DNA of 64,000 nucleotides from Desulfosudaceae bacterium (GTDB lineage Bacteria; Desulfobacterota; Desulfobacteria; Desulfobacterales; Desulfosudaceae). This document shows, in pieces, positions 20,185-29,800 of this stretch. Each line of letters opens with the position of its first letter. The first letter of the stretch is position 1. The notes under the pieces are model-generated. The model was not told where the DNA came from. It worked only from the letters and a program-made list of their open reading frames with translations, and searched no databases. The position numbers were made by a program, and so were the translations under genes. The DNA is taken from assembly GCA_963674745.2 (NCBI GenBank), contig CAXXDV010000003.1:416001-480000 (forward strand), read 5' to 3'.

Positions 20185-21547
20185 AGACGGTGTGTATGGT
20201 AAATCAATGCGGCATCGCACCTTCCTGGTGCCCTATATGGGTGATATCAGTCATGTTCTGGCTGCGTCCCTGCGTCATTTCGGCATCAACAGCCGGGCCT
20301 TGCCGACGAATACCGAAGAAGCCTATAAAATGGCCGATAAGCACGTCTATACCGAGACCTGTTTTCCGTTAAAAGGGGTTGTCGGTGATACGTTGAGCTT
20401 TCTGGAAGCGGAGAGCCGGCGGCATGGGAAAGAGAATGTGGAAAACCAGTATCTGGTGGCCCTGCCGACCACTTCCGGACCCTGCCGTTTCGGCAAGTAC
20501 GGCGAGGTGTTGCGTCAGTTCATGGACAAGGAGGGCTTCGAAAAGGTGCCGGTGGCCGGCCCCACCACGGAAACCAATTATTCCGATCTGCTGGGGGCAG
20601 GATATTCCTTGCGGGAAAAAATGCGGTTTTACCGGTTGGTCATGAAGGCCGTCATTGCCAGTGATCTGCTGGATGATATTCTGTTGCGTTATCGGCCTTA
20701 TGCTCCGGACCGGCAGGACGTAAACCGTCTCAAGGAGCAGTGCCTGACCGGACTGGTCGAAATCCTGGAAGCCGGCGGTGATATGGCGCGCCTGCGCCAG
20801 TGGGCGTCCTCAACCCTGGCGGACTTCAGGCAATATGATAGTGGGCAACGTTTTCCACTGGTTTTGTATGCCGGGGAAATTTACATGCGCAAGCATGATC
20901 CTTACACCGCCGGTGTCGTGGAGCGCCTGGAGGCAAAAGGGCTGGAAGTGGTTCGGCCGCCGGTTCTGGAGTGGCTTGAGTATATCGTTAAAACCAATAT
21001 CGATGCCATGCAGCGCACCTGGAAATGGGCGATTCGGGGGATGGAACCTAAAAGGGCGGTTGTATCGTTGCTGCGATTGATGCTTTACCGGTCTAATTAT
21101 CGGAAACTGAAAAACACCAAGAATGATATCACCTCACCCGTCAAGGCACATTTGGCCGATCGCCATATTTTGCCTGAAGCCGATGAACTGATCCGTAAAC
21201 TGGAGCAGGCCGGCGAATTCCATGGCCAGATAACGGGCGAGGCGGCCCTGAGCATCGGGTTGGGCTATTTTCTGATGAACGACCTGGTCCCTTCCAGAAA
21301 CGGTGCGCATATGTCCGGGATGTTTCATGTCGGCCCCTTTACCTGCATGCAGGAGGGGGTGGCTGCGGCCAAGATCGACTCTCTGGCCGATGAACTGCGT
21401 CGAAAAAATCCCGAGGCCATGTTCCCGGTGCTGCACGGCTTTTTCGGTGATTCCCCCAACCCGAACCTGGATGCTGAGATAGCGGTTTTTACCGAGCAGT
21501 GTTATCAGAAGCGAAATCTTCTTAAGCAGGGGATTTCGTCTTCGTAA
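20177..21547 (+). CDS. Activase partner, 2-hydroxyacyl-CoA dehydratase (HgdAB/D)-like Fe-S subunit
   Basis: ETCFP, SGPCRFGKY, GEIYMR, GPFTCMQE motifs; overlaps upstream gene by 8 nt. Confidence 0.75.
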   Translation: MVEDGVYGKSMRHRTFLVPYMGDISHVLAASLRHFGINSRALPTNTEEAYKMADKHVYTETCFPLKGVVGDTLSFLEAESRRHGKENVENQYLVALPTTSGPCRFGKYGEVLRQFMDKEGFEKVPVAGPTTETNYSDLLGAGYSLREKMRFYRLVMKAVIASDLLDDILLRYRPYAPDRQDVNRLKEQCLTGLVEILEAGGDMARLRQWASSTLADFRQYDSGQRFPLVLYAGEIYMRKHDPYTAGVVERLEAKGLEVVRPPVLEWLEYIVKTNIDAMQRTWKWAIRGMEPKRAVVSLLRLMLYRSNYRKLKNTKNDITSPVKAHLADRHILPEADELIRKLEQAGEFHGQITGEAALSIGLGYFLMNDLVPSRNGAHMSGMFHVGPFTCMQEGVAAAKIDSLADELRRKNPEAMFPVLHGFFGDSPNPNLDAEIAVFTEQCYQKRNLLKQGISSS

Positions 21548-21699
21548 AAATATTTCTGATATAGCCTTTTCTTTGACGCACAGACAGGTATACAAAAACA
21601 CATTGATCGGCCGCCTGGTCTTAGCTTTTCCCGGCATGAACGTTCTTCCCGGCTGTGGAAAGTCCCCCTCCTCAATAAAGTTTCTCGCACTAATTTAAG

Positions 21700-21727
21700 T
21701 TGATAATTTTTCTCATTATGCTATAAT
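21700..21727 (+). promoter_or_regulatory. Putative extended -10 promoter
   Basis: TTGATA (21700-21705) and TGcTATAAT (21719-21727). Confidence 0.5.
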
Positions 21728-22131
21728 CAAAAATCAAACTCTCAAAGAATGATGACGCTTTTAATCCTGTTCGGGTGCCGATGATGCGCGATTTAAGCCT
21801 CAGCGCCGTTGATGGTAACTGCGATTAAAATAGTGCTCTGGCTCGGGCAACAACAAGTTGTCGGTTACAATTTGCAATCCAGACTAAAAAGCATGCTGCA
21901 GGGACGGCCTTGATCCCGATCCCTTCTTAAGATTGCTAACGCAGGGGGGCGATTTTAGCGGTCCGTCATTTTTATACTTTACTGATGCCATCAACAAGTT
22001 CATTACTGTTTTTGACGTTTTTCGCTGAGATTAATGCTTATACGGAGAATCGGTTCACGATCAAAATAGAACACACAGAACAGTTTTGCAGATTATTGTG
22101 CTCGGCAAACCATTCAACCAAAGGAGAAAAA

Positions 22132-23061
22132 ATGAAACGGACAATGATAGTCGCCGGCGTCTTTTTGTTGATGTTTGTTTTTACCGGTTTTTCGGCGTTT
22201 GCTGATGGAGAGAATGGGAATGCTTATCCCAACGGGATTGAGGGGCTCAAATGTGGAGAAGTCCCGCCGCCGGGGGTTTACTGGCGAATGTACAACTATT
22301 TTTACAAGGCTGATGATTTGCGGGACGACAGCGGTGACAGTTCGCCCGTGGACCTTGATCTGTCCGTTTATGCTAATGCCAACCGGGTGATCTGGGTAAC
22401 GAACTATAAAATACTGGGGGGGGATTTTTTTGTTTCAGCCATGCTTCCCGTGGTGGATACGGATATTGAAATCACGCCTCCGGGTGCCCCCTGGCCGATA
22501 GTCGATGATGACCATGGTGGTATCGGTGACCTGTATATTGATGTTGCTGATGTGATCTGGCGCTATGATCAGGGGCAGGCGGGTGTCGGTCTCGGCCTTT
22601 TCGCTCCCATCGGAGATTTCGATCTGGACAGGCCCGCATCGCCGGGGAAAGGGATGTGGACGGGTATGGCAACATTCGCCGGTACGTACTGGTTTGACGT
22701 TGAACGTACCTGGACGGCATCCGTTCTTGCCCGTTACGAAAAACACAGCAACCAGAGCGAGCGAGACGTCAGATACGGTGATGATTTTCATTTTGAGTGG
22801 GGACTGAGCAAGACCGTCAGCCGGGGAATTGATGTCGGTCTGGCAGGCTACTGCCAGTGGCAGGTGACTGATGACTCGGGCGATGACGTGACCTGGGATA
22901 AAAGCGACAACGACCGTGTGTTTGCAGCCGGTCCCGAGGTCGCTGTGATGATCCCTCCGCCGGTTCTGCTTTTAGTGTCTTTGAGAACAATTTGGGAATT
23001 CGAGGCAAAAGACCGGACAGAAGGGAACGTGACGGTATTGACGTTGACCAAGATATTTTAA
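22132..23061 (+). CDS. SphA/MetA-pathway (phenol degradation)-like outer-membrane beta-barrel channel
   Basis: Signal peptide from ATG 22132 (AAGGAG RBS), YPNGIEG, PPPGVY, GIGDL, APIGDFD, GYCQWQVTDD, terminal Phe. Confidence 0.82.
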   Translation: MKRTMIVAGVFLLMFVFTGFSAFADGENGNAYPNGIEGLKCGEVPPPGVYWRMYNYFYKADDLRDDSGDSSPVDLDLSVYANANRVIWVTNYKILGGDFFVSAMLPVVDTDIEITPPGAPWPIVDDDHGGIGDLYIDVADVIWRYDQGQAGVGLGLFAPIGDFDLDRPASPGKGMWTGMATFAGTYWFDVERTWTASVLARYEKHSNQSERDVRYGDDFHFEWGLSKTVSRGIDVGLAGYCQWQVTDDSGDDVTWDKSDNDRVFAAGPEVAVMIPPPVLLLVSLRTIWEFEAKDRTEGNVTVLTLTKIF

Positions 23062-23151
23062 AGGCACCTTTGTTAGCCTTATCAACCATGTCCTTATGGC
23101 GGTCAATGCAGCTGAACCGCCGGGGATGGATTGGAGAAAAGGGAGAGTCTC

Positions 23152-24390
23152 ATGAACAGTATTCTGATTTTCGGGATAATTCTGTTGTGCATGGTTTCAG
23201 GCATCATATTGCTCCTTAAACTGATCTATAAAAACTCGGTCGTCTTTTTGATTATGGCATCAACCAGTTTGTTGGCCGGCATAACCGGGTTTTTTGGATA
23301 CACCAATGCCTTAGGAGACCTGTCATATTTTTTCTGGCAGGCGCCGATCGTGTTTGTTGTCATTTTTGCCTATGTCGTCATTATATCCAGGCAGATTACA
23401 CGTCCTTTAAAAGCCGTAGTCGAAACGCTTAATAACATTACCGAGGGGGACCTGACGTCAATTCCCGAGGTGCGTCTGACGAATGAAATCGGTCAGCTGG
23501 CAGGGGCCCAAAGAAAGATGATCGGCCAGCTGAAAAACATGGTGCGCCAGATCCAGGCGGCTTCGGATAACCTGTCTTCCGGAAGTGAAGAGATGAGTTC
23601 ATCTTCCGAAGAGCTTTCCCAGGGGGCTACGGAACAGGCTTCTCACCTGGAAGAGGTAACCTCCAGCATGGAGGAAATGAGTTCCAATATCAATCAGAAC
23701 GCGGACAATGCCATGGAGACGGAAAAGATCGCCCAACAGGCGGCTCAGGACGCTGAGGAAGGCGGGCAGCAGGTGCAGGATACGGTTCGCGCCATGAAAG
23801 ACATTGCCGATCGAATATCCATAATTGAAGAAATCGCCCGCCAGACCAACCTTCTGGCATTAAACGCCGCCATCGAGGCAGCCCGGGCCGGAGAAGCCGG
23901 CAAGGGGTTCGCGGTGGTGGCGGCTGAAGTGCGTAAACTGGCGGAACGCAGTGGTGAGGCGGCCAAGGAGATCGCTGAACGGTCGGTCAACAGTATGGAT
24001 GTGGCCGAAAAGGCCGGCCGGATGCTGGAAAAAATGGTCCCCGATATCCGCAAGACCGCTGAGCTGGTTCAGGAAATAAGCGCCGCTTCCAGGGAGCAGA
24101 CAGCTGGAACCAGCCAGATCAATCAGGCCATCAGCCAACTTGACATAGTCGTACAACAGAACGCGTCATCTGCTGAAGAAGTGTCTTCAACCGCTCAGGA
24201 ACTATCCAACCAGGCCCAGCAGTTGCAGGGTATCATGGGCTTTTTCCGGGTGGGCGAGGATGCCTCCGGAACATCCCGGTCGTCAAGAATCTTTTATGGT
24301 CAGCAAAATAGTAAAAGGGCCCCAACCTCCCGTCGGCTGTACTTAGAAGATCGGTCAGGGACAAATGAAAAAACCGTTAATTCATCCTGA
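23152..24390 (+). CDS. Methyl-accepting chemotaxis protein (TM + HAMP + MCP signal domain)
   Basis: [51 protein letters not shown]. Confidence 0.93.
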   Translation: MNSILIFGIILLCMVSGIILLLKLIYKNSVVFLIMASTSLLAGITGFFGYTNALGDLSYFFWQAPIVFVVIFAYVVIISRQITRPLKAVVETLNNITEGDLTSIPEVRLTNEIGQLAGAQRKMIGQLKNMVRQIQAASDNLSSGSEEMSSSSEELSQGATEQASHLEEVTSSMEEMSSNINQNADNAMETEKIAQQAAQDAEEGGQQVQDTVRAMKDIADRISIIEEIARQTNLLALNAAIEAARAGEAGKGFAVVAAEVRKLAERSGEAAKEIAERSVNSMDVAEKAGRMLEKMVPDIRKTAELVQEISAASREQTAGTSQINQAISQLDIVVQQNASSAEEVSSTAQELSNQAQQLQGIMGFFRVGEDASGTSRSSRIFYGQQNSKRAPTSRRLYLEDRSGTNEKTVNSS

Positions 24391-24417
24391 AGCAATTACC
24401 GGTAACAATAAAATAAA

Positions 24418-24460
24418 CCCTGAAACGTCCGCGGAAACCCGCGTTTTGCAGGCTTTTTTT
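24418..24460 (+). terminator. Putative intrinsic terminator between convergent mcp and tetR
   Basis: CCTG.AAAC..CGCGG-loop-CCGCG.TTTT.CAGG followed by a T7 tract. Confidence 0.5.
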
Positions 24461-24474
24461 GCCGGGGTGTATAT

Positions 24475-25098
24475 TTATTGACCGGCAGCTTCCGTGCGGG
24501 GCGAGAGCGCGTCATAAAGGATGTCGGTCAGGGCTTCTATCAGCCGGGCTTCTTCGATTTCAGGGCCGATGAATTTGGCGGTATGGGCCACATGTTCGAC
24601 GGTATTGTGCACGATAATGGCAGTAGCGTAAGGATCACGTATATTAAGCCGCTCCTGATTGCTGTTCAACAGCTTTAATATCTGTTCTACTTCCCGATGA
24701 CGTTCTCTTTCATAGATTCGATTGATTTCCGGATCGGAGTATCGCAAGGCATGGGTCTGGCTGAGAAAGAGGGGGGCAATGTCATAGGCCTTAAACACAT
24801 TGGAGATGATGGACTTCACATTATCACGGGTCAGGGCATCGACTTTATAGCCGCCCAGGTCCTGCCAGATGACCGAATATCCCCGGTTAAGAAAATCTTC
24901 CAGAATTTCCAGCAATAGCTGTTTTTTGTTCTTAAAATAGGCGTAAAAGCTGCCGGTGGCCACTCCGGCTTTTTCGGTGATTTCTTTGGTGTTGGTGCCA
25001 TGGATGCCTTTTTTCGAAAAAAGCTGAAAGGCCGCCTGTTCAATTTTTTTTTTGGTTTCCTGGCTTCTCTGCTGTTTGGGGATTCTGGTTTTGTCCAT
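24475..25098 (-). CDS. TetR/AcrR family transcriptional regulator
   Basis: RIPKQQRSQETKKKI..AAFQLFSKKG...EITEKAGVATGSFYAYFKNK HTH. Confidence 0.93.
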   Translation of the reverse strand: MDKTRIPKQQRSQETKKKIEQAAFQLFSKKGIHGTNTKEITEKAGVATGSFYAYFKNKKQLLLEILEDFLNRGYSVIWQDLGGYKVDALTRDNVKSIISNVFKAYDIAPLFLSQTHALRYSDPEINRIYERERHREVEQILKLLNSNQERLNIRDPYATAIIVHNTVEHVAHTAKFIGPEIEEARLIEALTDILYDALSPRTEAAGQ

Positions 25099-25124
25099 GC
25101 CGCACCTTTCTGTTGACGACTTTA

Positions 25125-25211
25125 AAGTGAATTCTTATTCATATTATTATAATTGTATTATTTACTTTTATCATTCATTTTTTTATTGACAATGTGAACT
25201 TTATTTCATAT
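25125..25211. promoter_or_regulatory. Two palindromic operator copies (probable TetR sites) in the divergent promoter region
   Basis: AAGTGAA-N6-TTCATAT (25125-25144) and ATGTGAA-N6-TTCATAT (25192-25211), the second directly after TTGACA (25186-25191). Confidence 0.7.
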
Positions 25212-25256
25212 TTTTTATTTTAACATTCACCGTCGGTTTTGTCAAACGGAGGTCAC

Positions 25257-26489
25257 ATGCAGGCACTGCAATTAAACATTACGCCGTTAACCTTTGTTGC
25301 CGGAAAGATTTGCGCCGCAATGTTGGGTAAATCCGCTTATTATCGGGGTCCCGGCAGAACCATAAAACTGGTTGATATTCCCGAGCCGTCACTGCCGTCG
25401 CCGGACTGGGTTAAAATCCGGACGATTGCCTGCGGGTTCTGCGGCAGTGATTTGAACCTGATCATGTTGCATGACTCACCCAGCGCCCAGCCCTTTACCT
25501 CGTTCCCCTGTGTCATCGGCCATGAATTCGTAGGGGAGGTTGTAGAAACCGGTTCGCAGGTCAACGGTTTTTCCGTCGGGGACCGGGTGGTCGTCAATCC
25601 CGCTCTGAGCTGCCGTGCCCGGGGCGTTGAACCTTTGTGCCCCAGTTGTCGGGTTGGTCGCGAAGGAAACTGTGAGCAAACGGCGGAAGGCGCCTTTGCG
25701 CCCGGAATGTTTCTGGGTATCTGTAAAGATCTTAACGGCGGATTCGCCCCTTATGTGGCGGCCCATCAAAGCCAGCTTTTTCATGTGCCGGCGCCGTTAA
25801 CGACCGATATGGCGGTAATGACCGAACCGGTTTCAGTTGCCCTGCAGACCGTGTTTGACAACCGGCCGGTGGGAAAGGAAAAGATTCTGGTCATCGGCGG
25901 CGGGGTTATCGGCAACCTGGTGATCCAGTCTGTAAGGGCGCTTGCTCCGGACTGCCGGATTTCCGTGATAGAGCCTTCGCCATTTGCCGCCGAACTGGCC
26001 CTTGCCTGCGGCGCCGAGAACATTATCCCCCCGGCTGAAATTTTTTCTAAAACAACCGAAATTACCGGTGCCAGGCTATATAAACCCATGATCGGCCAAC
26101 CGGTTCCCATGGGCGGTTTTGACCGGGTTTATGACACCGTCGGTGCGGCCGCCACCCTTAACCTGAGCATGCGGGTTTTAAAAGCCATGGGGACGTTAAG
26201 CGTGGTGGGCATCGGCGGTGATGTCAAGCTGGATCTGACCCCGTTGTGGCTGAAGCTTCAGACAATCAAGGGGGTTTTTGCCTACGGCACGGTGAATGAT
26301 AACGGAAGGCAGCGTCATGTGTTTGAAGTGGCCATGGACATGATGGCGCAGAATAAGATCGAAGCGGAAAAACTGGTTACCCACCGTTTTCGGCTGGAAG
26401 ATTATCGCCGTATGATCGAGGTCAACATGAGCAAGGGCAAGCGCAGGGCCATGAAAACCGTTGTGACCTTCGATTCAACAAAACCCTAG
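25257..26489 (+). CDS. Zinc-binding alcohol dehydrogenase (MDR family)
   Basis: CGFCGSD, GHE, structural Zn cysteines (C..C.SC..C), GGGVIG nucleotide-binding motif; GGAGG RBS. Confidence 0.9.
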   Translation: MQALQLNITPLTFVAGKICAAMLGKSAYYRGPGRTIKLVDIPEPSLPSPDWVKIRTIACGFCGSDLNLIMLHDSPSAQPFTSFPCVIGHEFVGEVVETGSQVNGFSVGDRVVVNPALSCRARGVEPLCPSCRVGREGNCEQTAEGAFAPGMFLGICKDLNGGFAPYVAAHQSQLFHVPAPLTTDMAVMTEPVSVALQTVFDNRPVGKEKILVIGGGVIGNLVIQSVRALAPDCRISVIEPSPFAAELALACGAENIIPPAEIFSKTTEITGARLYKPMIGQPVPMGGFDRVYDTVGAAATLNLSMRVLKAMGTLSVVGIGGDVKLDLTPLWLKLQTIKGVFAYGTVNDNGRQRHVFEVAMDMMAQNKIEAEKLVTHRFRLEDYRRMIEVNMSKGKRRAMKTVVTFDSTKP

Positions 26490-26526
26490 AAATGTTTCTA
26501 TAAAACAATGAACGAGGATACTTGTT

Positions 26527-26883
26527 ATGAGATTGAAAATTTTATTGTTCGGACTGTACGGGCTGTTGTGGTTTTCATCCAAAACCAACACCTCATTTAA
26601 AAAGTTTATCCGCAAAGCCAGGGTCAGGATGATGATCAGGACCGAAGACGGTCGATATGCCAGGTTGTTCATATTTGATATGGGAAAAATCACCACCGTC
26701 ACCGATCCCGATCAACCCTTTGACGCGGCCCTGACCTGGAAGGATCCGAAAACGGCTTTTTCCGTCCTGCTCAAGCAGAACATGGAGGCCATTTTTTATG
26801 CCGCCGCGGACGGAAATCTGAAGATTGAAGGGATGCCGGTGTATGCCCAGTGGTTTGACGCGGCAATGGGCCATATCATGTAG
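26527..26883 (+). CDS. Small SCP2 (sterol/lipid carrier)-like protein
   Basis: 118 aa; F-x-x-G-K-I...D-A-A-L-T-W and G-N-L-K-I-E-G C-terminal SCP2-type motif. Confidence 0.6.
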   Translation: MRLKILLFGLYGLLWFSSKTNTSFKKFIRKARVRMMIRTEDGRYARLFIFDMGKITTVTDPDQPFDAALTWKDPKTAFSVLLKQNMEAIFYAAADGNLKIEGMPVYAQWFDAAMGHIM

Positions 26884-26950
26884 TTAAGACAAACATTAAC
26901 TTCGGAAAATAACAAAAAAATAATCATCGCCAGCAAGAAAGGGAATCCCA

Positions 26951-28624
26951 ATGTCAAAGTCAACCATCTCAGGCGGTCATCTTGTGGCCAGGTATTTGAA
27001 AGAAAATGAGAACATAACCCACGTATTCACGCTTTCCGGCGGCCATATCGAAGCCATTCTGGACGGTATGACCGAATACAACATCACCGCCATTGACGTC
27101 CGCCATGAACAGGTGGCGGCCATGATGGCCCATGCCTGGTCCGTTTACAACAATACGCCCGGTGTCTGTCTGGTGACGGCCGGTCCGGGATTTACCAACG
27201 CCCTGACCGGTATTGTAAATGCCCATCTGGAAAACGTTCCCCTGGTCGTGCTTTGCGGCCGTCATCCTGTCCGGGACGACCTTAAAGGGGCGCTCCAGGA
27301 AATGAACCAGATTGATATGGTCAAGCCGGTGACCAAATGGGCTGCCACCTGTTATGACCCCCGGCGCATCCCCGAATACCTGTCCATTGCCTTCCGTCAG
27401 GCCACCATGGGGCGGCCCGGGCCGGTATTTCTGGAACTGCCGCCGGATATCCTGTTTGCTGAAATCGACAGCAGCAGTGCCCCGGTCCCGTCTCGCAGGC
27501 GTCATAAAACCGCGGTCCGGCCGGAAACATCCGATCTGGAAGCAGCCGCACGTATTATTAACAGTGCCCAAAAGCCGGTTTTGATCGGCGGCAGCGGTAT
27601 CGGTATGAGCGATTGCGGCGCCAGTCTCAAGTCATTTGTAGACAAGACCGGTATTCCGTTCGCACTGGTCAACTACGGCCGGGGCGTGTTACCGGATGAT
27701 CATCCGCTTTCGTTGAGTGAAGGCGGTTTTACAGGTATTGCTTCGGGCCTGCCGGTGGCAGACGTGGTCGTTGCGGTGGGGCTGAGATTCAACTGGGTCC
27801 TGCAGTCCGGTCAGCTTTTTCCCGATGCCAAGGTCATCCGCATTGACATCGATCCCAGCGAGCTTGACCGTAACATGACCGCCACGGTGGGACTGGAAGG
27901 AGATGCCGGCATGGTGCTGGATCAACTCCTGCCGCTGGTGGAAAAGCGGGATCATACCGAATGGGTGGACACGTTCAAGCGGGCCTGCACCGCGTTTATG
28001 ACAACCGAACTCGAAAAACGGCAGCAGCCGTCCGATCCCATTCACCCGGCCCGGCTGGTGGAGCAGGTGATGAGTGTTTTCGGCAATGATGCCTACTATG
28101 TGGCCGACGGCGGAGACACCACCTATTACGGCCTGTCCGGTTTTTCCTCGGTTCACCGGGCCGGTGTCCTGATTCCGGCCGGCGGTTTGCTGGGCTGCCT
28201 GGGCACCGGTATCCCTTTTGCCCTGGCCGCCAAACTGGCCCATCCGGACAAGCCGGTCATTGTTTTAAACGGTGACGGTTCCTTCGGTTTTAACAGCATG
28301 GAGTTCGACACGGCCGTGCGTCACAATATCCCCATTATCTGCGTGGTCAACAATGACTGTGCCTGGGGCATGATCAAGCATTCCCAGGAAATCAGCCTCG
28401 GGCATGACCGCTGCACCTGCAGCGAACTGGGCATGCGTCACTACGAAAAGATGGTGGAAGGATTAGGCGGTTACGGTGAGCTGGTCACCAAAGACGAGGA
28501 GATCGTACCTGCCTTAAAACGGGCCGTGGCATCCGGGAAACCGGCCTGCATCAACGTGGTTACCGATCCGACTGTGACCAGCCAGGCCACGATTCTGTTT
28601 TATCAGAGCTTTGGTGAGTTGTAA
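26951..28624 (+). CDS. ThDP-dependent enzyme, 2-hydroxyacyl-CoA lyase/IlvB-like subfamily
   Basis: FTLSGGHI, DVRHEQ, TAGPG, LGCLGTG, GDGSFG...NN ThDP motif; no adjacent ilvH/ilvN. Confidence 0.85.
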   Translation: MSKSTISGGHLVARYLKENENITHVFTLSGGHIEAILDGMTEYNITAIDVRHEQVAAMMAHAWSVYNNTPGVCLVTAGPGFTNALTGIVNAHLENVPLVVLCGRHPVRDDLKGALQEMNQIDMVKPVTKWAATCYDPRRIPEYLSIAFRQATMGRPGPVFLELPPDILFAEIDSSSAPVPSRRRHKTAVRPETSDLEAAARIINSAQKPVLIGGSGIGMSDCGASLKSFVDKTGIPFALVNYGRGVLPDDHPLSLSEGGFTGIASGLPVADVVVAVGLRFNWVLQSGQLFPDAKVIRIDIDPSELDRNMTATVGLEGDAGMVLDQLLPLVEKRDHTEWVDTFKRACTAFMTTELEKRQQPSDPIHPARLVEQVMSVFGNDAYYVADGGDTTYYGLSGFSSVHRAGVLIPAGGLLGCLGTGIPFALAAKLAHPDKPVIVLNGDGSFGFNSMEFDTAVRHNIPIICVVNNDCAWGMIKHSQEISLGHDRCTCSELGMRHYEKMVEGLGGYGELVTKDEEIVPALKRAVASGKPACINVVTDPTVTSQATILFYQSFGEL

Positions 28625-28634
28625 ATTTTCGGTT

Positions 28635-29696
28635 TTATTTAAAAAAATCGTTCTGGGCCAGAAAGCGGTACCATTCACGGCCTTTTTTATGATCGTTGAA
28701 GATGAGCCAGTGGCCGCCGGTAAGGAAGTGATAGTGGGTCAGATCCCAGGCCTCGCAAAGACCCCGGGTATGTTCAACAGGACACAGTTTGTCTCCCCGG
28801 GAGGCAATAACCAGGATCCTGTCTGCCGTCAGGCGGGGGCGCATGTTGGCCGGAGAATGAAACGTCCAGACCTGCCTGATTTTTCCTGCCAACTCAGATG
28901 AAACAGGGAAGGGTAACCTGGCTGAATCCGGTCCGAACGGCGCCGAGAAGTTTACGGCCGGCACCATCATGGCCGTAAAGGCCGGGCGGTCAGAAAGACA
29001 GGTGAACAGGGCGGCATTGTATCCGCCCAGGCTGGCGCCGATCAGGCCGATTTTTTTCATTCCCAGTTCGTCTAAAATCAGAATTGTACTTTGCAGATCG
29101 TGCATGGTCTGCCCGAAACATTCACATGTCATGGGCACATTGTCCGGCTGCAGGAATATCCCCCGTCGCATTCTGTTGCCCGGCGCTCTTCTCCAGTGAA
29201 AGGGGGTGATGAACAGGGCCACGTCAAGCCCCTGTTCAAATAATTTTCTGACTTTAAACATCCGTGCCGCCTGCCGGGGGTCACCCAGCATGAAGCCATG
29301 CAGGCAGAGTACGGTGTCCCGGGGCCTGTCACCATGGGTCCAGCGAATGAGATAACCGGAGCGGTTGTTCTCAAAGTCATTATAGCTGTCAGCCAGCATC
29401 GGATTTCTGGTTTCATATCCGCTGGGAAACGACCAGACCTGTATTTTTCCTTCATGATATGGCTTTGTTTCAACCAGACGATAGGTCGGTGCCAGTCCAG
29501 GCAGACGGAAAAATGACGCCGGTGACTGGATGAATCCATTATCAATGTAATAGTCGAGCTGCTGTTCGTAGGTGGCAAGGTCAATATGGCGTTTGGGCTT
29601 GAACGGCAGCAACAGTTTGGGCGGGGCCAGAAACAAGCTGTCAACCACGCCGCCTGCAGCATCTAAAAACGGATGTCTAGAGGGGGACATGACCAT
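28635..29696 (-). CDS. Alpha/beta hydrolase (DUF2048/ABHD18-like)
   Basis: LCLHGF, PFHWRR, GASLGG, D (GDKLC), GGH. Confidence 0.75.
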   Translation of the reverse strand: MVMSPSRHPFLDAAGGVVDSLFLAPPKLLLPFKPKRHIDLATYEQQLDYYIDNGFIQSPASFFRLPGLAPTYRLVETKPYHEGKIQVWSFPSGYETRNPMLADSYNDFENNRSGYLIRWTHGDRPRDTVLCLHGFMLGDPRQAARMFKVRKLFEQGLDVALFITPFHWRRAPGNRMRRGIFLQPDNVPMTCECFGQTMHDLQSTILILDELGMKKIGLIGASLGGYNAALFTCLSDRPAFTAMMVPAVNFSAPFGPDSARLPFPVSSELAGKIRQVWTFHSPANMRPRLTADRILVIASRGDKLCPVEHTRGLCEAWDLTHYHFLTGGHWLIFNDHKKGREWYRFLAQNDFFK

Positions 29697-29800
29697 TTCT
29701 CCCTTATTTATGGGTGCCTTTGAGCCAATCGTATTTTAATCGTTTTGTACCATGATATTTTCCATCCGGCAACCGTACCCGGCGTTATTTTTTAGGACAG

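Noticed and set aside
21985..22131. N-terminal extensions in the ORF track (also 5767, 20150, 47027, 49357, 51692)
   Set aside because: Better RBS-supported or homology-consistent starts lie downstream
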